DNA of 50,655 nucleotides from an uncultured Acetobacteraceae bacterium (GCA_964246785.1 CAXTRX010000001.1:2592-53246), one strand, 5' to 3'; shown: positions 18,532 to 31,139, numbered from the stretch's first letter. A program made the numbers and translations. The notes: generated from the sequence alone by a model not told the origin.

Positions 18532-19839
18532 ATGACCGCAACCGCAATATTGCTCGCGGCCGGGCTCGGCACGCGGATGAAGTCCTTGACGCCGAAAGCC
18601 CTGCATCCGCTTGGCGGACGACCGATGCTGCGGCACTTGCTGGCGAGTTGCGCCGGGGTGTTCGACCAGGCGGTGGTCGTGGCCGGGCCGGATATGGATG
18701 CTCTCGCCGCCGCCGCCGCGCCGCACCCTGTCGTGGTGCAGCGGGAACGGCTGGGGACCGCGCATGCGGCTCTGCAAGCGACGGAGCATTTCGGCGACGG
18801 CGACGTGGCGGTGCTTTACGCGGACAATCCGCTGATCCGTGCTGCGACCTTGCAGCGGTTGCTGGCCGCTCGGGCGCAAGCGGGCCTGGTGCTGCTGGCC
18901 ATGCGCCCCGCCGAACCGGGCCGTTACGGGCGGGTGGTGCTCGGCAGCCGGGGGGTCGAGCGCGTGGTGGAGTGGGCTGAGGCAAGCGAGGCCGAGCGTG
19001 CCATTCCGCTTTGCAATGCCGGCGTGCTGTGCGCGGCTGCGGCCGATATGCGGCGCTGGTTGCAAGCGGTGCGGCCGCAAAGCCGTGGCGGCGAATACTA
19101 TCTCACTGACGTGGTCGCTCTCGCCCGTGCCGAAGGGGTGGTCGTCGAGGCCGTGGAGGCACCGGAAGAAGAGTTGCGCGGGGTGAACTCGCGTGCGGAG
19201 CTTGCGGCGGCGGAGGCCACCCTGCAGCGGTTTCTGCGGGAGGCGGCGATGGCGGGCGGCGCCACTCTGGTCGCACCCGAAACCGTGTTTCTCAGTGCTG
19301 ACACCATCCTCGCCGCCGACGTGACCGTGGAACCGAACGTGGTGTTCGGCCCCGGGGTGAGCGTTGCAACCGGCGCGCGCATTCGTGCATTTAGCCATCT
19401 TGAGGGTTGTATTATTGGTGCTGGTGCTGTAGTGGGTCCTTTCGCGCGGCTTCGGCCCGGCACGAGCCTAGGGGCACAGGCGCATGTTGGTAACTTCGTC
19501 GAGCTTAAGGCGGCCGTTCTGGGTGAGGGGGCAAAGGCGAACCACCTCAGCTACATCGGAGACGCCAGCGTAGGGGCAGGCACCAACATCGGCGCAGGCA
19601 CCATTACGGTGAACTATGACGGGTTTGCCAAGCACCGCACGGAGATCGGGGCGGACGCATTTGTCGGCTCGAACAGCTCCCTGATCGCGCCGGTCCGGGT
19701 TGGGGATGGCGCCATTGTGGTGGCAGGCAGCACGGTGACAGATGATGTGCCAGCGGATGCGATGGCGTTCGGCCGCGCTCGCCAAGTCAACAAGCCGGGC
19801 CGCGCGACGGCGTTCCGGGCCAAGCGGGAGCAGCGCTGA
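18532..19839 (+). CDS. glmU: Bifunctional UDP-GlcNAc pyrophosphorylase / glucosamine-1-P N-acetyltransferase
   Basis: LAAGLGTRMKS..PKALH, GEYYLTD, GPFARLRPG, GNFVELK, HLSYIGDA, hexapeptide repeats. Confidence 0.97.
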   Translation: MTATAILLAAGLGTRMKSLTPKALHPLGGRPMLRHLLASCAGVFDQAVVVAGPDMDALAAAAAPHPVVVQRERLGTAHAALQATEHFGDGDVAVLYADNPLIRAATLQRLLAARAQAGLVLLAMRPAEPGRYGRVVLGSRGVERVVEWAEASEAERAIPLCNAGVLCAAAADMRRWLQAVRPQSRGGEYYLTDVVALARAEGVVVEAVEAPEEELRGVNSRAELAAAEATLQRFLREAAMAGGATLVAPETVFLSADTILAADVTVEPNVVFGPGVSVATGARIRAFSHLEGCIIGAGAVVGPFARLRPGTSLGAQAHVGNFVELKAAVLGEGAKANHLSYIGDASVGAGTNIGAGTITVNYDGFAKHRTEIGADAFVGSNSSLIAPVRVGDGAIVVAGSTVTDDVPADAMAFGRARQVNKPGRATAFRAKREQR

Positions 19840-21656
19840 TGTGTGGCATTGTCGGGGTCGTCGGTGCGCGCCCAGCAGCACCGCTGCTGCTGGAAGCACT
19901 GAAGCGGCTGGAATATCGCGGCTATGACAGCGCCGGAATTGCCACGCTATGCAACGGCCACATCGAACGGCGGCGGGCCGCAGGCAAACTGGTGAACCTG
20001 GAGGCGGTGCTGAGCCGCTCCCCTTTACCGGGCAACGTCGGGGTGGGGCATACGCGCTGGGCGACCCACGGCGCGCCAACCGAGGGCAACGCCCATCCGC
20101 ACGGCACGCCTTTGGTCTCGGTGGTGCACAACGGCATTATCGAGAACCATGCCAACCTGCGCGACGAGCTGGAGGCGGCCGGCCAATCGTTCGAGACCGA
20201 GACTGACACCGAAGTCGTGGTCCAACTCGTGGACCTGCATCTGCGCCGTGGAATGACGCCGGCCGCCGCCGCGCAGGCCAGCTTTGCCCGGCTGGAAGGC
20301 GCCTATGCGCTGGCGTTGGTGTTTGCCGGGCATCATGACTTGATGGTGGCGGCGCAGCATGGCGCGCCGCTCGCGGTGGGCTTTGGCGAGGACGAGATGT
20401 TCCTCGGCTCGGACAGCCTGGCGTTGGCGGGCTTGACCCAGCGGATCGCCTTCCTCCGCGATGGCGACCACGCCGTGCTTTCACGCAGCCGCGGCCAGTT
20501 TTTCGACGGCACGGGCCGCCCGGCGGAACGCGAAATCCACCGCACGATCCATACCGGCGCCGCGATCGGCAAAGACGGCTTCCGCCACTTCATGGAGAAG
20601 GAGCTGCACGAGCACCCGAGCGTGATCGGTCAGGTGCTGCAGCGGATGATCGACCCGACGTCCCGTTCGGTCGTCTTGCCGGCGCTGCCGTTCAGCCTTG
20701 CGGCCGTGCCCCGAGCCACGGTGACGGCGTGCGGCAGTGCTTTCTATGCCGGGCTCGTGGCACGCTTTTGGCTCGAGTCAGAGGCGCGCCTACCCACCGA
20801 CGTGGATGTGGCAAGCGAGCTACGCTACCGCGAGCCTCCGCTTCCTCCCGGCGGGCTCGCCCTGCGGGGGGGCCAATAGGGCGAGCCGGCCGACACGCTG
20901 GCCGCCCTGCGCTCCCTGCGCCGGGCCGGGCAGCATGCGCTGAGCGTGCTGAATGTGCCGGAAAGCACCATGGCGCGGGAGAGTGATGCGGTGTTGGAGA
21001 CGCTGGCCGGCCAGGAAGTGGGTGTTGCCAGCACCAAGGCCTTCACCGCCCAACTCGCCACGCTTGCATGCTTCTCAATCGGTGTTGCGCGCGCCCGCGG
21101 CGTCATGTCTGTCGAGCGGGAGATGGCGCTGGTGGATGCATTGTTGGAACTGCCGAGCCGTGCCTCCGAGGCGTTGGCGCTGGATTTGTCGCACGTGGCG
21201 GCGCGGGTGGCGCAAGCGCGCGACGTGCTGTTCCTTGGCCGTGGCGGCTGCTTCCCGATCGCGTTGGAGGGTGCATTGAAGCTGAAGGAGATCAGCTACA
21301 TCCACGCCGAGGGTTATGCGGCCGGCGAGATGAAGCACGGGCCGATCGCATTGATCGACGCCGACGTGCCGGTGGTGGCTGCGGCCCCGAGTGGCGCTCT
21401 GTTCGACAAAACCGCTTCCAACCTGCAAGAGGCGGCCGCGCGCGGCGGCAAGCTGATCGTGTTCACGGATGCGGAAGGGGCGGCCAAGCTGCAGCATGTC
21501 GCGACGGAGTTGGTGGTGTTGCCGACGGTGCACCCGTTCGTGGCGCCCATTCTGTATGCTATTCCGGTGCAGATGCTGGCCTATCAGGTGGCGGTGCTGA
21601 AGGGGACGGACGTGGACCAGCCGCGCAACTTGGCGAAATCGGTGACGGTGGAGTAG
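19839..21656 (+). pseudogene. glmS: Glutamine-fructose-6-phosphate transaminase, apparently interrupted by an in-frame TAG at 20877-20879 (probably a sequence error)
   Basis: MCGIVG, GHTRWATHG, VHNGIIEN, VASTKAF, ALKLKEISYIHAEG, PRNLAKSVTVE; both ORF halves are in the same frame. Confidence 0.9.
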
Positions 21657-21738
21657 CACAGGCTCACTAAGTGATGTCAGAATTCCCATCTGCTCAAAGG
21701 AAGACCGACTCTCACCCCATAGAAACTGCGAACTTCGG

Positions 21739-22122
21739 TCATCGTAGCGCCGCTACATTCGCCGCCTCTACTGTCGCTTCGCTTACACCCCCAAACCGGG
21801 ACTGAACATAAGCCGCGACCGCAGCCACTTGGTCGTCTGAAAGATACCGGCCCAACGCCGGCATTGCTCCGCGTCCGTGCAGCACACGCGAAACGATGTA
21901 TTGCGACGATGCCAGCCGCGCGTCACCGGCCAACGCCGGGTAGGCCGCGGCACCCACGGCACCCTGGCCCTGCGGCATGTGGCAGCTCGCGCAGACCGAA
22001 CCGTAAATCGCCGCGCCGGATGCTTCGGTGAAATGCGCCGGGCTGGCGAAAGTCGGCCAGGCCTCGTCCGCATAGGCCGGCCCGGATGCGGCAAGCAGCG
22101 CAAGCACGGCCAGCGCCCTCAT
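21739..22122 (-). CDS. Monoheme c-type cytochrome
   Basis: Signal peptide MRALAVLALLAASGPAYA, CASCH, distal Met (GAMP); ATGA overlap with upstream oxidase; start reset from ORF-track 22755. Confidence 0.9.
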   Translation of the reverse strand: MRALAVLALLAASGPAYADEAWPTFASPAHFTEASGAAIYGSVCASCHMPQGQGAVGAAAYPALAGDARLASSQYIVSRVLHGRGAMPALGRYLSDDQVAAVAAYVQSRFGGVSEATVEAANVAALR

Positions 22123-23708
22123 CGCGCCAGCACCTTGGCATGCAGACGGGTGATCGCGTCCAGGCTCGACAATATGGCGCCCTCCTGCCAGGCCGGAACG
22201 TAGGAGGCATGTTCGCCCGCCAGCACGATGCGGCCGTCGATGGCGCATAGATCGCGGTAATGCGCGGCCCGCGTCGGCTCCGTCCATTGCCCGTAGCACC
22301 CGAGCGTCCAGGGCACGCGATGCCAGCCGACGGCGATGCCGTTCTCGAACTCGGCCTCGTATTGGGGATGGACCTGGGCGCCGTATTGCACCGCCCGGCG
22401 CACCCGCTCCGTCGGGTCGAGCGAGGTGAACTCGGTGGCGTAGGGCCCGAACGTGTAGGCGCCGAGCAAGACGCCCTTGCCGCCGCTGTTGTAGCCCGAT
22501 GCCGGGTAGCCAATCAGCGAGATCGGCAGGTCGGTGTAGCTGATCCCGCCGTAGATCGCGTCGTCCTGCTCCCAGAAGCGGCGCTTGAATTGCAGCCCGA
22601 TCTTCACCACGGACGCATAGGGCACAGCCGTCACTGCCGCCGTCATTGCGGGGGAGACGTTCATTGGGATCTGGCTGAGGATCGACAAAGGGATGGTGCA
22701 AACGCACCAGTCCGCCCGCGACTGGCCCGGCGCACCGCTCGCCGTGTCCTGCCACTGCACCGTGACGCCGCTGGCGTCCTGCTGGATGGCCAGCACTTTA
22801 CGGCCGAGTTGCAGCACGGGCGCCACCTCGCGCTGCATGGCGCGGGCGATCGCGTCCATGCCGCCGACGGGCTGGAACAACGTGGTTTGATAGTCATACT
22901 CCGCCGCCACGGTGAGCGCGCGCCACAACCGGCTATGCAGCAAATCGGCCGGGGCGACCGGGGTGGAGGGCTCCGGAAAGGCGTTCAGCCCGCCGCCGGG
23001 CGGCTTGTCCCAGCCGCGGCGCTCGCTGCTGTCCTCGCCAGCGCGGTAGCGATAGTCGCTGTCCAGCGCGCCCCAGCTCCGCAGCGCGGCGAGCAGGATT
23101 TCGCTGTCCTCGCGCGTCACCCTGTCGGCCAGGCCGTCCCCGTGCACCGCCTTGGCCAGCAAGTCGGCCACCGTGCCATGAAAGTCGGCCTGGACGGTGC
23201 GGTAGCGCTGCGGCTTGCCAGCGAATGCTGCCGCGCCATGCAGATAGGCGTTGTGGTTGACCTGGATGAACGGCTCCAGCGCCACGCCCAGTTGCTTGCA
23301 GTAATCAAGCAGCGCCCGGTGATGGTACGGTATGCGCCAGGGCCCAGGATTGAGGTAGAGCCCGTCGTCGAAGCCGCATTCCTGCACCGCGCCGCCCAGC
23401 TCGACATAGCGGTCGCCGCCACGCAGCGTCCAGGTGCGGCCGCCGGCGCGCTGGTTGTACTCCAGCAGCTCGACCCGGTAGCCAGCCCGGCGCAGTTCCC
23501 GCGCTGCCACCATCCCAGCCACGCCCGCGCCCAGCACCAGGACGCTTGCACCCGCCGGCGCGCCGCTGAGGGCAACCGGCCCGGTATAGGTGGATTCGGC
23601 CGCATGCCCGAGTGCCGCCATCGCCATATACATCGCCGAGCCGCCCGCCGCGGCGCCGATCAGGCTCAGCAGGTCGCGCCGGGTTGGGCGAGGCGAGGGT
23701 TCGGTCAT
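22119..23708 (-). CDS. Tat-exported flavin monoamine / L-amino-acid oxidase family protein
   Basis: Twin-Arg signal PTRRDLLS; GAGVAG FAD motif, RAGGR, NPGPWRIP, AGEH..WQEGA; true start MTEPSP at 23708. Confidence 0.9.
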   Translation of the reverse strand: MTEPSPRPTRRDLLSLIGAAAGGSAMYMAMAALGHAAESTYTGPVALSGAPAGASVLVLGAGVAGMVAARELRRAGYRVELLEYNQRAGGRTWTLRGGDRYVELGGAVQECGFDDGLYLNPGPWRIPYHHRALLDYCKQLGVALEPFIQVNHNAYLHGAAAFAGKPQRYRTVQADFHGTVADLLAKAVHGDGLADRVTREDSEILLAALRSWGALDSDYRYRAGEDSSERRGWDKPPGGGLNAFPEPSTPVAPADLLHSRLWRALTVAAEYDYQTTLFQPVGGMDAIARAMQREVAPVLQLGRKVLAIQQDASGVTVQWQDTASGAPGQSRADWCVCTIPLSILSQIPMNVSPAMTAAVTAVPYASVVKIGLQFKRRFWEQDDAIYGGISYTDLPISLIGYPASGYNSGGKGVLLGAYTFGPYATEFTSLDPTERVRRAVQYGAQVHPQYEAEFENGIAVGWHRVPWTLGCYGQWTEPTRAAHYRDLCAIDGRIVLAGEHASYVPAWQEGAILSSLDAITRLHAKVLAR

Positions 23709-23801
23709 GCTGGACGCTAATCTCGCGCGACGCCGGGCGCAAACCAGGTTGCCGACGCGGCGGTTTGCGATAGGGTCGGGTATGCCCGCAGCTTGCACAC
23801 C

Positions 23802-24962
23802 ATGACCGACACTGCCGACGTCATCGTCATTGGGCTGGGGGCGGTCGGCAGCGCCACCCTGCACCGGCTGGCCCTGCGCGGGGTTCGCGCCATCGGCATC
23901 GACCGGTTCCATCCGCCGCATGACCAGGGCTCCACCCATGGCCAGACCCGGCTCACCCGCTTGGCCATCGCGGAGGGCGCGGTCTACCTGCCGCTGGTCC
24001 GCCGCTCGCACGAGATCTGGCGCGAGCTGGAGGCCGAGACTGGCGAAAGCCTGCTGCAGCAGATCGGGATGTTGCTGATTGGGGAGGGCGACGGGGCTCC
24101 AAGCCACGGCCAGGCGGGTTTTCTCGGCAGCACCATCGCGGTCGCGCAAGCCCATGGCATCGCGCACGAACTGCTCGACAGCGCCGAGATCCGCCATCGC
24201 TATCCGCAGTTCCAGGTGCGCGATGCCGAACGCGCCTACTTCGAGCCGAGCGCCGGCGTGCTGTTCCCGGAGCGCTGTGTCGCCGTCCAACTGGGTTTGG
24301 CTGCATCGCTGGGCGCGCAAGTGCGGACGGGCGAGGCCGTGCTGAGCGTCGAGCCTAGCGGCGCCGGCGTGGCCGTTGTCACGGACCAGGGTCGCTACGA
24401 GGCGGCCACCGCCATTGTGGCAGCAGGGGCATGGCTGCCGGGTTTGATGGGCGGCGCGCTCCCCGCTTTGGCTGCAGTGCACCGGCAGACGCTGCTCTGG
24501 CTCGAGACCGACATGCCGCAGCTTTACGACCCGGCGCGTTGCCCGGTGTTCATCTGGCAGCACGGGTGGTCCGAGCTGGACTATCTCTACGGCTTCCCGT
24601 TGATGCCAGGCAGCCATGGGGTAAAGGCCGCCACCGAGCGCTACGACGGCCATGTGGCGCCAGACCAAGTGGACCGCAGGGTCGAGCCTGGCGAGGTCGC
24701 CGCCATTTATCGCCGCCATATTGCCGGGCGGCTACGGGGCGTCAGCGACCGGCTGGTACAGGCGGCCACCTGCCTCTACACGGTCACTCCGGACGCGGGC
24801 TTCATCCTTGACCGGATGACGGATGGCAGGGTGATTGTCGCCTCCGCCTGTTCGGGGCACGGCTTCAAGCACTCGCCGGCGGTGGGCGAACACCTCGCAG
24901 CGCTGGCGTTGGACGCCAGCCATGCCAACGAGCCGCAGTTCGCCCTCGCCCGGTTTGGCTGA
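23802..24962 (+). CDS. solA: N-methyl-L-tryptophan oxidase / monomeric sarcosine oxidase family
   Basis: VIGLGAVGS, GSTHGQTR, CLYTVTPD (covalent-FAD Cys position), SACSGHGFK. Confidence 0.88.
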   Translation: MTDTADVIVIGLGAVGSATLHRLALRGVRAIGIDRFHPPHDQGSTHGQTRLTRLAIAEGAVYLPLVRRSHEIWRELEAETGESLLQQIGMLLIGEGDGAPSHGQAGFLGSTIAVAQAHGIAHELLDSAEIRHRYPQFQVRDAERAYFEPSAGVLFPERCVAVQLGLAASLGAQVRTGEAVLSVEPSGAGVAVVTDQGRYEAATAIVAAGAWLPGLMGGALPALAAVHRQTLLWLETDMPQLYDPARCPVFIWQHGWSELDYLYGFPLMPGSHGVKAATERYDGHVAPDQVDRRVEPGEVAAIYRRHIAGRLRGVSDRLVQAATCLYTVTPDAGFILDRMTDGRVIVASACSGHGFKHSPAVGEHLAALALDASHANEPQFALARFG

Positions 24963-24963
24963 G

Positions 24964-25070
24964 CTAGAGCCTGATCGCTTCAGGTTGGATCGACCTGAAG
25001 CGTGAATCAGCCTCTCAAACAGAGAGTTAGAGCAAGTCCGGTTCGCCTACCAGAAGCGGACTTGCTCTAG
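24964..25070. mobile_element. 107-bp MITE/RIME-like element with CTAGAGC...GCTCTAG termini
   Basis: 7-bp terminal inverted repeats and two internal hairpins; near-identical copy at 31181-31287; lies between convergent genes and supplies the permease stop. Confidence 0.85.
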
Positions 25071-26473
25071 CGGCCGCGCATCACCGAATGCCGCCGTCCG
25101 TACCACAGGTAAATGCCGATGCCGAGCGCCTGCCAAACCGCCAATCGGAGCAGGGTGACGAGCGGCAGGCCCGCCACCAGCGCCAGGCAGGAGGCTATGC
25201 CGAGGAGCGGAACCCAAGGGATGCCGGGCACCCGGAACGGCCGCTTGGTGCGGCGCTCCACCCGGCGCAGGTAGAGCACCGCCCCGCACACCAGCACGAA
25301 CGCCAGCAAGGTCCCGACGCTGACCAGTTCGCTTAGCACTTGGATCGGGGTGAGTGCCGCCACCACCGCCACCACCGCCCCTGTGAGGATCTGGACGCGA
25401 TAGGGCGTGTTCCAGCGTTCGTGCAGCTTGGCGAACATCGGCGGCAGCAGACCGTCCCGCCCGATGGCGTAGGCGATGCGGCTTTGGCCATACAGCGCCA
25501 CCAGGATCACCGTGGTCAGACCGGTCAGCGCGCCGAAATCCACCAGCACGGCAAACCAGCCCAACCCCACCGCCTTCACCGCCTTGCCGATCGGGTCTGG
25601 CACGTTAAGCTCGGTATACGGCAGCAGCCCGGTGAGCACCGCGGCCACCGCGACATACAGCACGGTGCAAATCACCAGGGACGCCAGGATGGCCCGGGGC
25701 ATGTCCCGCTGCGGCGATTTCGCCTCCTGCGCGGAGGTGGAAACGGCGTCGAACCCGAGATAGGCGTAGAACACCACGGAGGAGCCGCGCAGGACGCCGC
25801 TCCAGCCGAACTCGCCGAAACCGCCCTTGTTGGCGGGGATGAACGGCTGCCAATGGCCGCGTTTCACGTAGAACGCGCCGACCACGATGAACGCCAGCAC
25901 GACCGCGAGCTTGACGGCGACCATCACGTTGTTCACCCGGGCCGACTCCCGGGTGCCGAGCACCAGCATCGCGGTCAACACCACCACGATCAGCGCGGCG
26001 GGCAGGTTCATGATGTTGCCCGGCGCGGCCCCAGGCGGCCCGGTGAACGCCGCCGGCAGCGTGACGCCGAGGTTGCCCAGCAGCCCGACGGCATAGCCGG
26101 ACCAGCCGACCGCGACCGTGGACGCTCCCATGGCGTATTCCAGCAGCAGGTCCCAGCCGATGATCCAGGCGAAAACCTCGCCCACCGCGGCATACGTGTA
26201 GCTGTAGGTGCTGCCGCTGACCGGGATCATGGCGGCCAGCTCGGCATAGCACAGGGCCACGAAGGCGCAGGCGACGCCGGCCAGCACGAAGGAGACCATC
26301 ACCGCCGGGCCAGCGTAGCGAGCGGCGGCCGTGCCTGTCAGCACGAAGATGCCAGCGCCAATCACCGCGCCGATCCCGATGGCGGTGATGCTGAGCGCGC
26401 CAAGCGTTTTCTGCAACTGCTGCCCGCCATCGCCGCTGCGGACGATGTCTTCCACGCTTTTGCGCGCCAGCAT
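25067..26473 (-). CDS. APC-family amino acid permease
   Basis: IGAGIFVLTG, GPAV..SF, CYAELAAMIPVSGSTYSY, FYAYLGFDAVST; about 12 TM segments. Confidence 0.93.
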   Translation of the reverse strand: MLARKSVEDIVRSGDGGQQLQKTLGALSITAIGIGAVIGAGIFVLTGTAAARYAGPAVMVSFVLAGVACAFVALCYAELAAMIPVSGSTYSYTYAAVGEVFAWIIGWDLLLEYAMGASTVAVGWSGYAVGLLGNLGVTLPAAFTGPPGAAPGNIMNLPAALIVVVLTAMLVLGTRESARVNNVMVAVKLAVVLAFIVVGAFYVKRGHWQPFIPANKGGFGEFGWSGVLRGSSVVFYAYLGFDAVSTSAQEAKSPQRDMPRAILASLVICTVLYVAVAAVLTGLLPYTELNVPDPIGKAVKAVGLGWFAVLVDFGALTGLTTVILVALYGQSRIAYAIGRDGLLPPMFAKLHERWNTPYRVQILTGAVVAVVAALTPIQVLSELVSVGTLLAFVLVCGAVLYLRRVERRTKRPFRVPGIPWVPLLGIASCLALVAGLPLVTLLRLAVWQALGIGIYLWYGRRHSVMRGR

Positions 26474-26517
26474 GCGGGATTGGCTCAGATCGTGTCTCCC
26501 TTAGGCGCCGCCAGTGA

Positions 26518-27270
26518 CTAGCTGGCGGGCTTGAACACAGCTCCCAGCGCGCTTGCCATGTCGGTCGGGATCAGCACCGTCGCGCCCCGCTCCTTGTTCA
26601 TCTCATACAGTAAATTCATCTGCCGCAACTGCAGCGCCACCGGATTTTGCGCGTACAGGTCGGCCGCCAGCAGAACCTGCTCGGCAATGTCCCGCTCCGC
26701 CGAAGCCAGGGTGACCCGCGCCTGCTTCTCGCGCTCGGCCTGCGCCTGGCTGCTCATGGCGTCCTGCAGCCCAGCAGGAATGCCCACGTCCTTGATCTCG
26801 ACCGAGCGGATGCCGACCCCCCAGCTCCCGGTCTTCTCGCCGATGGTCTGCCGGAGCTGTTCGTCGGCGGATTTGCGGTCGCTCAGCAGGCGGGCGAGGT
26901 CCGACGAGCCGATCATCTCGCGCAGGCTGGTCTGCGCCACCCGCTCGATCGCCTGGCGGTAGTTGGCGATGTTGATGGCGGCGGCGCGCGGGTCGGTCAC
27001 CTGCCAGAACACGATTGCGTCCACGCCCACCGCCACCGTGTCGCGCGTGAGGGCCTGCTCGGCGGTGATGGTGGTGGTCTCCACCCGCATGTCGATGATG
27101 AAGGCGACCTGGTCGATGAGCGGGAACACCAGGAACAGGCCTGGCCCGCGCACCCCCAAGAAGCGCCCCAGCCGCAGCACCACGGCGCGGTTCCACTCCT
27201 GCGTCAGGCGCACCGAGCGGAGCAGCAGCAGCACGACGAGCACTGCCACGACGATAAGGGCGATCGGCAT
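26518..27270 (-). CDS. SPFH/stomatin (slipin) family protein
   Basis: N-terminal TM, RAVVLRLGR, GPGL, AQTSLRE, QAQAERE; GGAG RBS before ATG 27270. Confidence 0.9.
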   Translation of the reverse strand: MPIALIVVAVLVVLLLLRSVRLTQEWNRAVVLRLGRFLGVRGPGLFLVFPLIDQVAFIIDMRVETTTITAEQALTRDTVAVGVDAIVFWQVTDPRAAAINIANYRQAIERVAQTSLREMIGSSDLARLLSDRKSADEQLRQTIGEKTGSWGVGIRSVEIKDVGIPAGLQDAMSSQAQAEREKQARVTLASAERDIAEQVLLAADLYAQNPVALQLRQMNLLYEMNKERGATVLIPTDMASALGAVFKPAS

Positions 27271-27308
27271 GGTGTTCTCCAAGGCGAGTTGCTGGAATTG
27301 CGGCGGCA

Positions 27309-28082
27309 TCAAACGCGTCCTGTCATGGCGGCGAGGGTGACGGCCATGCGGTCGGCCAGGCCACGGGGCGCCGGGTCGCCGGGATGACGCAGGTCGCGCC
27401 GGGCAAGGGCGGCGGGCAGGGCGGCGGCCAGAGCGACGCCGGGGCGCAGGCGCGGACCGAGTAGGCTGCGCGCTTCTGCTGCCAGCACCGCGAATACGGG
27501 CTGCAGCGCGGGTGCTTCGGGGGCAGCGATCACGGCCTCGGATGTGAGTCCGTGTGCTGCCAGCACCTCGGCTGGCAGCAGGCAAAGCTTGGCCCGGGCC
27601 AGGGCGGCGACGCTGCGCAACACCCCGGCCGCGGCATAGCCGGCTCCCAGCCGCCGCACGCTTTGCGCACCAGGCGCTCCCAGTAGCCGGGCCGCCGCCA
27701 TTGCGAGCGAGCCCGCCCCCGCCAACAGCCAATCTCGCCATTCCGCTATCGACACGAACTCGGTCTGCTCGCGCGCGTCCAGCACGGCCAACAGCTCGGC
27801 GGGCTCGAGCGCTCCGGCTGCAAGCAGGCTGGAGAGCGGCGTCGCCACCTCGTGCGGCTTGCGCGCGCCTTCCACCACCTCGCGCCACCATTGCAGCCGG
27901 ATCAGCGCCATCATCGGCTCCGTGGTGGCCTCGCGCGCCCGTGCTGCCTCGTGGTTGAACGCGTACAACGTGAATAGCGCCTCGCGACGTTCTGGCGGTG
28001 CAAACAGCGCGGTGAAGAACCGGTCGGGGTCCGCCCGGCGCACCATCGCGCCAAGTGGTGAAAGGCTTGCGCCGTCTGACAT
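27309..28082 (-). CDS. Squalene/phytoene synthase family protein (NDUFAF6-like)
   Basis: DPDRFFTALFAP, LYAFNHE, EPMMALIRLQWWRE. Confidence 0.85.
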   Translation of the reverse strand: MSDGASLSPLGAMVRRADPDRFFTALFAPPERREALFTLYAFNHEAARAREATTEPMMALIRLQWWREVVEGARKPHEVATPLSSLLAAGALEPAELLAVLDAREQTEFVSIAEWRDWLLAGAGSLAMAAARLLGAPGAQSVRRLGAGYAAAGVLRSVAALARAKLCLLPAEVLAAHGLTSEAVIAAPEAPALQPVFAVLAAEARSLLGPRLRPGVALAAALPAALARRDLRHPGDPAPRGLADRMAVTLAAMTGRV

Positions 28083-28171
28083 GCAACGAACATGGGGTTG
28101 GCCGCGCTTGACGCGAGGTGGGGTCGGCAGGATGGTCCGGCCCCGCGGCATGCAAACCTAGGAGATTGCCC

Positions 28172-28777
28172 ATGGCGTTTGAACTCCCCCCGCTGCCTTA
28201 TTCTCACGATGCCCTCGCCCAGCGCGGCATGTGCCAGGAGACGCTGGAGCTGCACCACGACAAGCACCACCAGGCCTATGTGACGGCGCTCAACGGGTTT
28301 GTTGACAAGGACCCGGCGCTGCAGGGCAAGTCGCTGGAAGAGATCATCACCCACACCGCCAAGGAAGGCGGCCCGGTGTTCAACAACGCCGGCCAGCATT
28401 GGAACCACATCCTGTTCTGGCAGGCGATGAGCCCGACCGAGGGCGGCAAGATCCCGAACAAGCTCGAAGCCAAGATCACGTCGGACCTGGGCGGCGTGGC
28501 CAAGTTCAAGGAAGACTTCAAGGCTGCTGCGATTGGGCAGTTCGGGTCGGGCTGGGCCTGGCTGGTGCTCGGCTCGGACGGCAAGCTCAAGATCACCAAG
28601 ACGCCGAATGGCAGCAATCCGCTGGCGACGGGCGACGGCCACGCTTTGCTCGGCATCGACGTGTGGGAGCACAGCTACTACCTGGACTTCCGCAATCGGC
28701 GGCCGGACTACATCACCAACTGGCTGGACAAGATCGCCAATTACGAGTTCGCCGAAAGCCAGATGGCCGCCGCCTAG
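28172..28777 (+). CDS. sodB: Superoxide dismutase, probably Fe-type
   Basis: FELPPLPY, HHDKHH, NNAGQHWNH, FGSGWAWL, DVWEHSYY; AGGAG RBS. Confidence 0.95.
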   Translation: MAFELPPLPYSHDALAQRGMCQETLELHHDKHHQAYVTALNGFVDKDPALQGKSLEEIITHTAKEGGPVFNNAGQHWNHILFWQAMSPTEGGKIPNKLEAKITSDLGGVAKFKEDFKAAAIGQFGSGWAWLVLGSDGKLKITKTPNGSNPLATGDGHALLGIDVWEHSYYLDFRNRRPDYITNWLDKIANYEFAESQMAAA

Positions 28778-28809
28778 GCACTGCGCTCCGTACATGAACC
28801 TGCCCCAGA

Positions 28810-28912
28810 CCCTCTCCCACTGCAGGGCAATCGCATCTGGCGTCTTCCTCTCTCGCTATTCGCGGGAGAGGGAGAAGAGCCAAATGCCATCGTCCTGCCC
28901 GGAGGGAGAGGG
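28810..28912. repeat. REP-like nested inverted repeats (CCCTCTCCC/GGGAGAGGG) between convergent sodB and glgX
   Basis: Outer IR 28810-28818/28904-28912; inner hairpin 28844-28873; same core motif at 45771-45795. Confidence 0.6.
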
Positions 28913-28934
28913 AGCAGCAACTAGAACCAGGTGG

Positions 28935-31139
<2,205 letters not shown>

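Noticed and set aside
20877-20879. Amber readthrough or pyrrolysine recoding in glmS
   Set aside because: Neighbouring conserved residues are also corrupted, no pyl genes in the window, and other genes use TAG as a normal stop
21620-21740. Tn7-like insertion at attTn7 after glmS
   Set aside because: The glmS 3' target sequence is present, but there are no tns genes, no repeated TnsB sites and no visible target duplication
23709-24719. N-terminal extension making an 866-aa oxidase
   Set aside because: Antisense to solA; the Tat signal places the start at 23708
27271-28173. N-terminal extension making a 551-aa SPFH protein
   Set aside because: Alternative frame over the phytoene-synthase-like gene; the RBS supports 27270
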